From the NCBI RefSeq assembly GCF_964204645.1, contig NC_134031.1:13255807-13319806 (forward strand): 64,000 nucleotides of DNA, read 5' to 3'. Positions within the stretch are counted from its first letter, which is position 1; each line of letters opens with the position of its first letter. The position numbers and the translations under genes are program-made. Of this stretch, positions 40,710 through 51,819 are shown in pieces. The notes beneath the pieces were generated by a model. That model saw nothing but the letters and a program-made list of their open reading frames with translations, made no database searches and was not told where the DNA came from. Source of the DNA: Tubulanus polymorphus. Taxonomy: Eukaryota > Animalia > Nemertea.

Positions 40710-42014
40710 CACAGGGGCTTGTAAACTGGCTTGGATTTTACTTCCGGGTTGTTGATAATCTCGCGAGAATGGCGCTAAATTTAAACTGCAAATAAATTCA
40801 AAATATCACAGAAATACCTCGTGTTGATGTTGTTTATTTATCCACTATAGAGTTTTGATAAACAATTGGCTGTTAAGGATCAGTATCAGCGGGCGCGACA
40901 CCTTACTATATTAAAATAACAAGGGATGAAACGGCTTCGCTTTTGCCTGTGACCGTATTGATGCGGCGGAAACCACTGCGCATGCGCGGCAACTTTCCGA
41001 AAGGTTAAGATCAGTTCAAGTTCAATTGATTCTTCTCAAAAACCTATGTCAAGCCAAGGCAATCACACTTCTAAGGAAATTATCAATTTTTGAATTGATG
41101 TAGAAAAACTATAATGTGTAGTTTGATTGACAGCTCACAAGCGCTCGGAAGTTGCCGCGCATGTGCAGTGGTTTCCGCCGCATCAATACGGTCACAGGCA
41201 AAAGCGAAGCCGTTTCATCCCTTGTTATTTTAATATAGTAAGGTGTCGCGCCCGCTGATACTGATCCTTAACCCTTTCGCTGCGTACACGCTTGCACCGC
41301 CCCCTACATAAGGTATTTTCCGAAAAATTCGATTTTTTTCAAATTGTTTTTAACCCCGATTTTTCGCGTTTTTATCGAAGATTATGATGTTATTTAGTGA
41401 AAATCAGTAAAAAATCATACCAACAGCCTTTTCTGTAGGGGGGGGGCGTGTTGGGGGGGGGGTCAGGATGGGTTAGAAATTTTTTTTTTTCAGTTTTTCA
41501 CCCAAGTGCCTATCTCAGTCTTTGGTGATTGATGATACGGTGTGGATGAAAGAAATTCAATTGATATGGGATATCCTTTTCCGCTGGTAGAGGTACGTAA
41601 GTGGGGAGCCATCTCAATCCCGCGCAAATTACCATGTGCTCAACAGGCTGACAGCACCAACTACTGACGCATTTTCGCCATCTGTTGTTTAGAAAGCTAA
41701 CTATCTTGTCTTACATGCGTTTCCATACTGTTTGCTGTGTACGCGTTCGAGTTATAAATCAATAGGTGCATGACGTTTCTACAACGTCATACGCACAGCA
41801 AGTGTCACTCATATGACGTTTCCAAAACGTCACACGTAGCGAAAGGGTTAACAGCCAATTGGTTATCAAAACTCTATAGTGGATAAATAAACAACATCAA
41901 CACGAGGTATTTCTGTGATATTTTGAATTTATTTGCAGTTTAAATTTAGCGCCATTCTCGTGAGATTATCAACAACCCGGAAGTAAAATCCAAGCCAGTT
42001 TACAAGCCCCTGTG
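40710..42014. mobile_element. Foldback element with ~290-bp inverted arms, CACAG...CTGTG ends and a 7-bp TSD (attgaaa); possibly P superfamily
   Basis: The left arm 40710-~40998 matches a right arm split into ~41145-41271 and 41848-42014. Confidence 0.8.
41272..41847. mobile_element. piggyBac-type MITE with TTAA duplication, nested in the foldback arm
   Basis: TTAA|ccctttcgctgcgt ... acgtagcgaaaggg|TTAA. The undisrupted left arm has a single TTAA at the matching site. Confidence 0.88.
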
Positions 42015-42378
42015 ATTGAAACATGAACATGAAGACACTTTTCGCTCAAATTTTCAAACTTCAATTTGCGATATCTCAAAAACTACTGAAGATAATTCAA
42101 AAATTTAAAAAGCATATTGTTATTTGAGCCCTCCCCATTCCAACAAGCTTTCTTTCAGTAAGCTATTTGAATTTTTTATGGATATAGCTAGTTATGTACC
42201 TAACCTTACCATAACACTATTCTTTAATAACACTAGCGCCACCCAGTGGATAGGTGACCCAAACTGCAGTTAGACATACACACGTCTCAACAGATCGGGC
42301 CTATATGCGTCATGTCACGATTCACACAGAACTCCATGAATCACACTTCACTTACCCGTTGGTTGTTTATCGATTGAT

Positions 42379-44804
42379 GTCTGTCTGCAGAGTTTCCAGA
42401 ACCTGTCATGTCAGGTCTTAAGACCTGACATGACAGGTCTGACCTGTCATGTCAGGTCCCGAAAAAACCCAAACTCATGACAATATTTGACGAAACGGCG
42501 AAATATCTAGGCATGTGTTAGATGAATGGAAGAACATTTTGAGTTGAATGAATATTCTGACCCGTCGTTAATATCGAAAATGATTCAACAATAACGATAA
42601 GGAAAATGTTCTGACAAATAATTCATTTGAAAGGTTGATTTATAAGAAGAAAATATTTATGTGTAAACTATGACTTATTTCTGTATTAAAGGTAAAAAAT
42701 AAGTTTCAGGCATAGATGAATTAATTAATGTAGAAATAAGAGCACATTATAAGAGAATATTTTCGCTAGATGAATCGAGGTCTTGATATTTCGTTTCCGC
42801 AATAAGACACTGAAAATTATCTGCTCACTATCACAGTTCGGCAACACTCCTCACTGTCCTGAAGTCCTGAAGTCTCACTATTTATATTCATTGTCTTTAT
42901 GATGTACATGTAAAAGAGCCGAATGCAATATAGAGACTGATTTTATTGAGACTGATTTTAAATCAACTCATCAATTTAAAGCATGAAGTTTTTTTCTTAT
43001 ATCAGTTTTAATGCAGACCTGTCACCACAGGTCCCGAGAAGCTCTGTAAAATGGCGCGAGCTGCCGTGTGAGGTCTCGCTTCATAATTTCTGTTTTATAG
43101 TAACTTTAGATTAATTCTATCCATGATTAGCAATTGATATTATACTCTTTGCTATAAAGAGACCATAAGAATTAATGTTTTCCTTCATTTCATCAGTTTT
43201 AATGCAGACCTGTCACCACAGGTCCCGAAAAGCTCTGCAAAATGGCGCGAGCTGCCGTGTGAGGTCTCGCTTCATAATTATTGTTTTATAGTAACTTAAG
43301 ATTAACTCTATCCATGGTTAGCAATTTATATTATACTCTTTACTATATAAAGGTTATAAAAAGTAAAATTTTTTCAATTTCATCAGTTTTAGTGCAGACC
43401 TGTCACCACAGGTCCCGAGAAGCTCTGCAAAATGGCGCGAGCTGCCGTGTCAGGTCTCGCTTCATAATTATTGTTTTATAGTAACTTTAGATTAATTCTA
43501 TCCATGGTTAGCAATTTATATTATACTCTTTACTATAAAGAGACTATAAAAATTAATGTTTTCCTTCATTTCATCAGTTTTAATGCAGACCTGTCACCAC
43601 AGGTCTCGAGAAGCTCTGCAAAATGGCGCGAGCTGCCGTGTCAGGTCTCGCTTCATAATTATTGTTTTATAGTATCTTAAGATTAATTCTATCCATGGTT
43701 AGCAATTTATATTATACTCGTTACTATAAAGAGACCATAAAAAGTAAAGTTTTTTCCATTTCATCAGTTTTCAAGCAGACCTGTCACCACAGGTCCCGAG
43801 AAGCTCTGCAAAATGGCGCGAGCTGCCGTGTGAGGTCTCGCTTCATAATTATTGTTTTATAGTAACTTAAGATTAACTCTATCCATGGTTAGCAATTTAT
43901 ATTATACTCTTTACTATATAAAGGTTATAAAAAGTAAAGTTTTTTCAATTTCATCAGTTTTAGTGCAGACCTGTCACCACAGGTCCCGAGAAGCTCTGCA
44001 AAATGGCGCGAGCTGCCGTGTCAGGTCTCGCTTCATAATTATTGTTTTATAGTAACTTTAGATTAATTCTATCCATGGTTAGCAATTTATATTATACTCT
44101 TTACTATAAAGAGACTATAAAAATTAATGTTTTCCTTCATTTCATCAGTTTTAATGCAGACCTGTCACCACAGGTCTCGAGAAGCTCTGCAAAATGGCGC
44201 GCGTTGCCGTGTGAGGTCTCACTAATTAATCAGTGTTATGTCTAATTTATCTATGTCAACTTATAAGCTTGGACTGAAATGTTTTTAAATTGTATGTGCA
44301 CTTGGTGAATTAATTATATTGCGAGTAATTAATAATAATATATAATAATATAGGGCCTAATCATAGTGAGTATAATGATTGTTATTAATGCTGATTATGA
44401 TTACATAAGGCACTACTAGTATCATTGCCTGATCTTGATATTTTCATGTTTCATGTTACAAAAAAATAAATTAATTGTAAAAATTTCTTTCAATGTTCTC
44501 AAATAATTCACAATCATTGCATCTTTACAAGGCAAACATAAATTCTTAAATGAATTCATAACACATCATAGTTTGTTTTTTGTTTTTGAATAATATATTC
44601 AGAAAGCACTAAGATATGTTCTTTTTGTTTCTTATCGGCTATCATTTGTTTTAAATCCGCGCCTATCATATCTTCTAATCGCCTATCATCGGTTCAGTCA
44701 TAACGATTTTCATTTTAGCAAATCGACCTGTCACCTGAGGTCCCACCTGTCATGTCAGGTCTTGGGCCCTGACATGACAGGTTCTGGAAACTCTGCAGAC
44801 AGAC
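42379..44804. mobile_element. Non-autonomous TIR element carrying a satellite array
   Basis: gtctgtctgcagagtttccagaacctgtcatgtcagg / cctgacatgacaggttctggaaactctgcagacagac. Confidence 0.8.
43000..44221 (+). repeat. 190-191-bp tandem satellite, ~6.4 copies, with a 571-bp higher-order period
   Basis: The anchor tcagtttt...gcagacctgtcaccacagg recurs at ~43002, 43192, 43382, 43573, 43763, 43953 and 44144. Units 571 bp apart are nearly identical. Confidence 0.95.
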
Positions 44805-46078
44805 CTAAATGTGTTTATCTACCATTCATTTATTGCGCCATTTCCGGGTTTCCCAATAAGTAAGCGCGCAATTCACGAACGAACGCTAATTCGAGGATCA
44901 CGAAATCGGGCGCAAGTACTTATCTTTCTGAAGGCGGGCGACAAATCAAAATGTTCTTTAAAAAGGGCAAATACCGGGGTACCTCGTGTTGTAGTCTGAA
45001 GCTTTTTGTTGGGTTCTGAAAATTCTTTTGAAAACTTTAGAATGGACAGAGACACCCAAGAAGCCATCCTCCTCCCTCGGCATAGTTAGTTACCTTATCG
45101 TTGGTAAGCTTTTTATAATCGGATTTATATCGGATGGGCTTATAACATACCTAATGTGGTTTCTGAAAATATCCGATCGTGAAACTAAACCACAGTCAGG
45201 TTACTGAATACCCTCGGCAGGGATTCGAACCTGACCGGCGTCGGTACGACTCCCGGCACGAGGTGCGACAATCTTGATGCCATCAGGTTCAATCGCTGCC
45301 GGGGGAGGATGGCAAGAACTGTCCAAGTCCAAAGTTCAAATTCAAGTTCATAGAAGAGAACACGTACAACATAATGATATTTACAGTAACTGGGAAATGT
45401 TTGATGGATCAAAAGTCGTGCGCCATCGCTTCCCCCTACCCTGTTTACGGGGATGGAAATACGAGTCCTTGACCTACAATATGGCCTAAGTAGAATATAA
45501 GTCCCACAATCACAGGATCGAAAAAGTTTTTAAAAAGTCGGAACTATCAAAATTTATCAAAAACCCGAATTTTTAAAACTAGGTGATATTGACCATAGAA
45601 AGGAAATGTATTTGTTAGTTTATTGGAGGAGAAACGAAGGTTACCAATTGACACAAGAATTGGAATGGGAATTTATTAAAGCCGACTCAACTATGTGACT
45701 GTCTTGATATTTGGTTTATTCTACCCTAGACATATCTGTAACTCGGTTAAACATATGATAACATTTTGAATTGTGTTACACTCATTGCAGATTGAGTGAA
45801 GTGAGCCGCTTTGTGTCGTTGCTCTTATCGATGCCAAGACACACAATGGGCGAAATAATTTAGGGTGGACCAGGCTGTGAACTTCGGCCGATAGAAGAGG
45901 ATATACAGAAAGTCGAAAATGTGTCTGAAATTCTATTGAAAGAAATAGATAAGGATTTAAATCAAGATGGTGTCAAAAGAATTGCTGCAAGTTATGCTTT
46001 GGTGTTAGCCTACTATTTGCCAAAAAGGCGAGTCCCCCATTTCCTGTGGAAATCTTTAATATAGCAATTCAAAACAGT

Positions 46079-46885
46079 TTTTAGCCCACTTGGGACTTAA
46101 GCCACAACGGGCTATATTGCGTTCACTTTGCGTCCGTCGTCCGTCCGTTCGTACATCCACAGACAGGATCCAGTTATTTTGGGAAGTTTTAAAGACACTT
46201 CAATGTAATGTCTTGATATTTGGAGACACTTTGATCAGTTACCTTGATATTTCCCCCGAAAGGACCCATCGGCATGAGAAAAATTGGGTCGAACGGACTC
46301 AAGATGGCCGTCCTATGACCTTTTTGTGACCAAAAATGTCAATTTTGACCCAAATTCTGAGTCTTGTAGCTTCCTTCTGGTTTGCCATTTGTCATGCAAT
46401 TTGCGACGGGTATTCTTTGGAAAGGGATTTTTAATAACGTAGATGCGTTTTTTTTATCAGCCAATTATGATGCAGTCGGCGGCCATCTTGGTGTCATCAG
46501 TACTCATTCGTTGTTGGAAAAAGGAAGGTTTTTCCACATCATATTGAAACCTAAGCATATTTTTTTAGCACAAGTTGTAGCTCATGACATGGTCTATGAA
46601 TGTAGTGATTTCCAAGGTCATTAGTTATTCTATATGGTCACCAGGGGGCATTGAATAGTAGAATAACTCAGTAGTACTTCCATATTACATCGATACCTAG
46701 GCATATTTTGTTATCACAATCAATTACAAAAATTCGTAGCTGCTGATATGTTCTATGCTTGTGGTGATTTTCGAGGTCATTGTCCTTTTGTGATCACCAG
46801 GAGGCGTTGAATATTGAAATTGTTGTAGTGTTTTAGCATTTGAAACCACTTCCAAGTGGCAATGGTGTCCCTGGACCCCCAGTTC
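46079..46885 (+). mobile_element. HINE-like element in the opposite orientation, partly deleted
   Basis: ttttagcccacttgggac...(gtcc)n...aagtggcaatggtgtccctggacccccagtt. Confidence 0.75.
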
Positions 46886-47257
46886 AATCTTTCTTTCAAG
46901 AATAGTTTAAGGATGCCATAGAGATTGACGAAGGCGTACGTCCCTTTGGGCTGACAGAGATTTATCTAAGTGTTTAGTACGTACGTCACATATCCGAAGT
47001 AAAAATCGGAAAGTTACCTTCGGTGTAACTACAATTTATATAAAAAGAGAAATGATATCACAAAATAATAAACCTGTAAAGATATCATTACAACCACAGA
47101 TCTAATAGGCTAATAATTAGAGCTCATATGATACGAAACAGAGTAAATCTTACCTAAAAAGAGGTACACTTCTAATAATCGAAATCGAAAGTTGCAGAAC
47201 CTGGAAGCTACACTTTCTCTCACAGAGATGGCTGCAGCACGTGATTGGTGAATCCGG

Positions 47258-47370
47258 GTCATAATACCTCCGCCCAAAATACCTCCACCCAAAATACCTC
47301 CACCCAAATATCCCACACCCAGAATCCCTCCACCCAGAATACCCTCATATGTGTCCAAAATACCTCCAGG
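47258..47370 (+). repeat. Short ~15-bp tandem repeat (AAAATACCTCCACCC)n
   Basis: Directly visible. It explains the spurious GGILG ORF. Confidence 0.8.
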
Positions 47371-49065
47371 CTCTAGATCCAAAAATTAAGTAATACAATT
47401 TTAAGTAATACAATATTTTGTCCCCCCAAGGTTAGAATTTGCAGGTCATACTCATTGTTGATATAAACCAAAGTTCTTTAGTTTAAAGTAGTTAATTGGG
47501 CAAAACAAAGTAAAATGTATTTAAGTGTGTTGTTAGAAGAGCATTGTTGCAGTTAAATGGATATGAACTGAATGCAGTGTGTATACCGAAATGTAGTTCA
47601 TTGTTTTCTTAGATTATAGGAATAATTAATATTCTATAATCTAAATATTGAATTGTTTCCTATATTGTTTCCAGAGAAATCTAGAAGATTAAATGTTGCC
47701 GGGCTGTTTATTCGGCGGTATAATTGATAGCCTCCGTTCGGTGCTGCCATCTTCATGGTCTGCATATAGTTTGAAGTCTTGGCGGGAACAGTGTTAGTTT
47801 GTTGGCGGTCGCCTTCCAGGCAACCACTCTGTGAAATATATGTTGATGTGATTTACACTGTTCCCGCAGGTAAGAAAGCTTCGTATGATTCTGACTTAAT
47901 TATTTAGCATGTGTAATATTTATTGGTTAGTTTGTTGGCGGTCGCCTTCCAGGCAACCACTCTGTGAAATATATGTTGATGTGATTTACACTGTTCCCGC
48001 AGGTCTTTCGTTGTTGTTTAATGTTGGTTGGTGGAGTGGACCTCCGGACAGACGAGGCATATACAGGATTTACAAGAAAGCCCCGTCACATTTGGCACCC
48101 TCGCTGGGATTGGGAAGGTCATCACTACACCGGAAGATACGTGGATCTACAATTTGCGTTTGGAAAGCGCGGGAACGTCTAGTGCGGTGAAATCGCGATC
48201 CGCAGAATAGTGCGGAGATTTTGTCGAATCTAAATTGGGTACACCGGTTGAGATATATGTATAGTGTTAAATTGTGATCCGGAGTTCTGGAATTCGATGC
48301 AGTTTGAAATTGGAAAATATTGTTTCTATCGCTGCGGTTGGATCGTCGAGCAACGGATCGGAGCTCGAGTCGTTGTTGATATTGACACGGTGACAATAGG
48401 ATCGCTCAGTCGTATTCGAATCGTCGCACGGTGTATTTTTGTCGTGTTTCTTGTGCCGTGTTAAGCTGATATTTGCGAATTAAATTCAGCCGGCGTGAAA
48501 TAAAATAATCCTTTTCTGACTCTTTTGTCAGGTTGCTGGAGCAGTGCGCGTTCGTCGTGACAGGTGAAAACTCTTAAATTCTGCTCATTGATATAAGTTT
48601 TGCTTTATTCAGTTGATTTCCAATTCTACGCTGGGTTTCAGTGTGATTTCAATTTATTTTGCTTTTTGTTCGCTTGATTGCGGAAGTCGCAAAGCGGTGG
48701 CTGAATGCTTATTTTTGTGCCAGATAGCTAGAAAACGGAGCGTTAATTGCTCGTTTATTCGTCTATTTATTATTCATTTATTTATTTATTTATTATCATT
48801 ATTTTGTTTTTTGTTTTTTGTTTTTGTTTTTTTTTTGCTTGCTTATTTGTTGTGATTGTTCGCATTGATTTTTGCACGTGCATCTTGTGATTAAAGACAA
48901 GTTTCTATTTTGCTTTTCTTTTGTGTGCATGTAAACTGAGGAATCAGTTATTCAGTGTATTAATTTTATGTTTAATTGTTCTGGGTACTGGAAACAGGTA
49001 GTTTTGGTTGTATGTTACGTACCTGTATTATTTACGTGGTGTTGTTGCTTATGAAGTACTTGAAA

Positions 49066-50613
49066 ATGGCATTTCACGAGAAGGTAGTTATTTCGGGGAT
49101 AGGGTCTCATTATACGGCAAATGATATAAGGGTAGCTTTCCAGAGTTTCCCCGTGGTAGCTGTACACGGCTCAGCGGTAGAGGGGTTTTATGTGCTTTTT
49201 CCTTCCGGATGCGTGGCGAGCCAAGCGATGGCATTTTTTCAATTCGCAAGCGCAAAGTACCAACCTTGAGCAGGGGGAGCTATGTGTGCGGCTTTTGCAA
49301 AAAGAGAACAAGAAAAGTTTCTTTTTCGTGTTTTTAATGGGGTAGAAGATGGGGAACTACGTCAGGTGACGGTTGAGGAAAATGAAAATAAACCTGATTT
49401 TAAAAATGACGTGACTTTTAACACGGTTTATAAAGCTTTTGGAGAATTGGACGAGGAGGACCAGCAGCGTCTAGTTCATGAGCTGATTAGCAGGGGAAAG
49501 TCCTCCCAACCTTGTAACCTTCGAAGTTCTACTCCAGTTAAGCAGCCGCTTCCCGGTTTGTCTTTTAATTTACAGCCACAACGGGTCGAGAAAACTTTCG
49601 CCATTCAAGCGCCCAGGTTAGGTACTTTTTCTGGCGAGAGTGTCTCCAAAGGAGACCTTACCTTTAGGCAGTGGAAGCTTGAGGTTCAAGCGCTGCTACG
49701 AGACGAAAGTTATGGTCAGGGTTCGATTCTTCAAGCCATGCGCAGATCCCTCAGAGGGGATGCTGCGGCTGTTCTGTTTAATTGTGGTCCGAACGCGGAT
49801 GTATCCACCATTCTAGAGAGGATGGCTCTTGTTTTTGGGGAAATCTTTTCGGTAGAGGAAGGCTTAGCCCAGTTTTATATGATGTCGCAGAAGGCGGACG
49901 AGTCAGTGGCTCAGTGGTCTTGTAGGCTTGAGGATGTAGCTGCTCGTGTCCGTGGTCTGCCAGGAGGAGCGGGCGCTGTCGGTTCCGAGACACTCCGTGG
50001 TCAGTTTTGGCGTGGTCTCCGTAATGGAATGGTGCGCATGGGAACACGCTTTCTCTTTTATTCCAACGCGACCTATTACGAGATCGTAACAGAGGCTAGA
50101 AAGATTGAAGGGGAAACGGAACGGAGAGATTTCAAGTCTGTGGTGCCTCCGAAAAAACTTATGAATTCTCAAGTGTCTTCTAAAGACACACCCGGTCACT
50201 CTGGGGATCCCGCCTCCTCGTGGGAAAGGCGTTTTGATCAGGTGATGAAGCGGATGGCCGCTATCGAGGCTAAATTGGAGAACCGTCCTAGGTTGTGGGT
50301 CCCTCCTCCAAGACCTCCCTTTAGGAGTCAGGTAGGGCAGCGCTACGGAGGAGCTTCTTCGTTTGGGTTTCGTCCAAGGCTGCCCACACCTTCGCAGCGG
50401 ACGTGTTTTTCCTGTGGCGGCGTTGGGCATATCCGTCGCGTATGTCCGAGTAGAAACATGGATAACAGGCCTTTGTCAGCCGGTAACGGTAGTTCGGGTG
50501 ATAGAGATGGTCTCTCTAATAGAGATGACAGTCTCTCTGGTAATAACAGCTCGTATGACCCAAAAGAGAAAGTGTCCGTTTCGAGGGGCGGACGCGTGAC
50601 ACGTCGGTATTAG
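49066..50613 (+). CDS. Gypsy gag (PNMA/Arc-like capsid + CCHC knuckle), with an in-frame stop at 49267-49269
   Basis: PRLGTFSG...FRQWKLEV...MRRSLRGDA...Q...ESVAQWSCRLE...QFWRGL; CFSCGGVGHIRRVC. ORFs 48976-49269 and 49282-50613 share a frame. Confidence 0.85.
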
Positions 50614-50639
50614 GGAACAGCCCTCAAACGAATATATCT

Positions 50640-51071
50640 TATCGCGTCGTTGGTAGAGCCAATCTCTCGACAGTTTCATTGGATGGGGTACCTTGTTATG
50701 CTTTAATTGACAGCGGGTCACAAGTGTCCACGGTTTCGAGGAAGTTTGTCGAGGTTTACATGCCCGAAGTCCCTGTGCAGCCAGTAGCTGATTTTCTTGA
50801 GGTAACGACCGCGGGTGGTGCGGCCCTGCCATATTCCGGTTATGTCGTTGCTCGGTTGCAAGCAGCCGATTTGGATATGGAAATCCCTATGCTTGTTGTT
50901 GAGAGTACCGACTACCATGAGAAGGTACCTGCTTTGATTGGCACCAATGTGCTGGACCGGGTCAAGGATTTTTCGACCTTGTCGGCGGCCTGGGCTGCAG
51001 CGGACCCTATACGTTGTAACAACATTTCCGAATCGGTAAAATTGACTAAGGCAGTCTCCGTGAGTAATTAG
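50640..51071 (+). CDS. Gypsy aspartic protease (start of pol, truncated)
   Basis: ALIDSGSQVSTVS...LPYSGYV...PALIGTNVL, in the -1 frame relative to gag. Confidence 0.85.
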   Translation, partial: YRVVGRANLSTVSLDGVPCYALIDSGSQVSTVSRKFVEVYMPEVPVQPVADFLEVTTAGGAALPYSGYVVARLQAADLDMEIPMLVVESTDYHEKVPALIGTNVLDRVKDFSTLSAAWAAADPIRCNNISESVKLTKAVSVSN

Positions 51072-51111
51072 GAAAGTAGGCTTTCAGATCAGAGGACGAG
51101 AGGACGAGACA

Positions 51112-51150
51112 CCACTCATCACCACAAGTAATTTTTTTTCCTTATAAATG
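51112..51150 (+). promoter_or_regulatory. Shared 39-bp promoter-like motif of plus-strand Polinton genes (second copy 51457-51495; variant 62047-62095)
   Basis: CCACTCATCACCACAAGTAATTT(T/G)TTTTCCTTATAAATG ends exactly at the start codon. Confidence 0.7.
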
Positions 51151-51354
51151 GAAGAGAATAAGACAGAACAAATTGATGTTAATGAAAATCAATATCATTG
51201 TCCATATTGTAAAAAATACATTGATAAATCAAATAAACCTTACATGGAAAATGTTAGAAATTATATTGATTCACTAGAAATAAAAGATACAATTGAAATT
51301 TTAGAAATATTACGCAGTAAAATTGTGACACACATAAACAGTGAGTGCGCGTAA
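51148..51354 (+). CDS. Small hypothetical protein with CxxC (Polinton)
   Basis: TAAATG start after a shared 39-bp motif; YHCPYCKKY. Confidence 0.65.
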   Translation: MEENKTEQIDVNENQYHCPYCKKYIDKSNKPYMENVRNYIDSLEIKDTIEILEILRSKIVTHINSECA

Positions 51355-51492
51355 CAACAGCTGCGCGTGTGTTAACTGTACCTGGATAAATAGATGCTGT
51401 GAGGCTTGGGTGAGAACGGTTAATAGCGTGTTTGTTATATACAGGGGAAGTAATCCCCACTCATCACCACAAGTAATTTGTTTTCCTTATAA

Positions 51493-51819
51493 ATGGGAGA
51501 TAGAAAAGCATTCTTAGCAACAATAAATAACAGAATAAAACCAGCAAAAAAACAATTTGAAATAAAAAAGTTAGTTGATGTTACAAAAGAAATTGAACAT
51601 AAAATATTGAAATTAGAAAAGATAAAAACTAAATATGGAGAGAAAGTATCAGCTAATTTAAGCTACTGTAATGTTAGTACATCACGAGAATTTAAAGTGT
51701 TTTTACCCGATAAATGGGTTTCATTGAGTACAGAGGAATTGAAAGATTTAGTAGGATTTAAAATAATATATCATGGGAAAAATGAAGACGGTCATCATGA
51801 TTTAGAAATTGTTGATTGA
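51493..51819 (+). CDS. Hypothetical Polinton protein, possibly an OB-fold ssDNA-binding protein
   Basis: TAAATG start after the same 39-bp motif; TKYGEKV...FKVFLP beta-rich pattern. The fold call is inference. Confidence 0.65.
   Translation: MGDRKAFLATINNRIKPAKKQFEIKKLVDVTKEIEHKILKLEKIKTKYGEKVSANLSYCNVSTSREFKVFLPDKWVSLSTEELKDLVGFKIIYHGKNEDGHHDLEIVD

Larger units (their letters stand above)
47500..51090 (+). mobile_element. Gypsy/Ty3 LTR retrotransposon, 5' part, truncated by the Polinton insertion
   Basis: Putative 5' LTR ends ...gtcaca at 48090, followed by tt and a PBS-like TGGCACCCTCGCTGGGA. A long leader, gag and protease follow. The LTR start is not determined. Confidence 0.8.

Noticed and set aside
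43000-44221. Regular repeats and repeated 66-69-aa ORFs resembling a CRISPR array or a gene cluster
   Set aside because: The whole 190-bp unit repeats with no unique spacers and no cas genes. The ORFs are by-products of a eukaryotic satellite.
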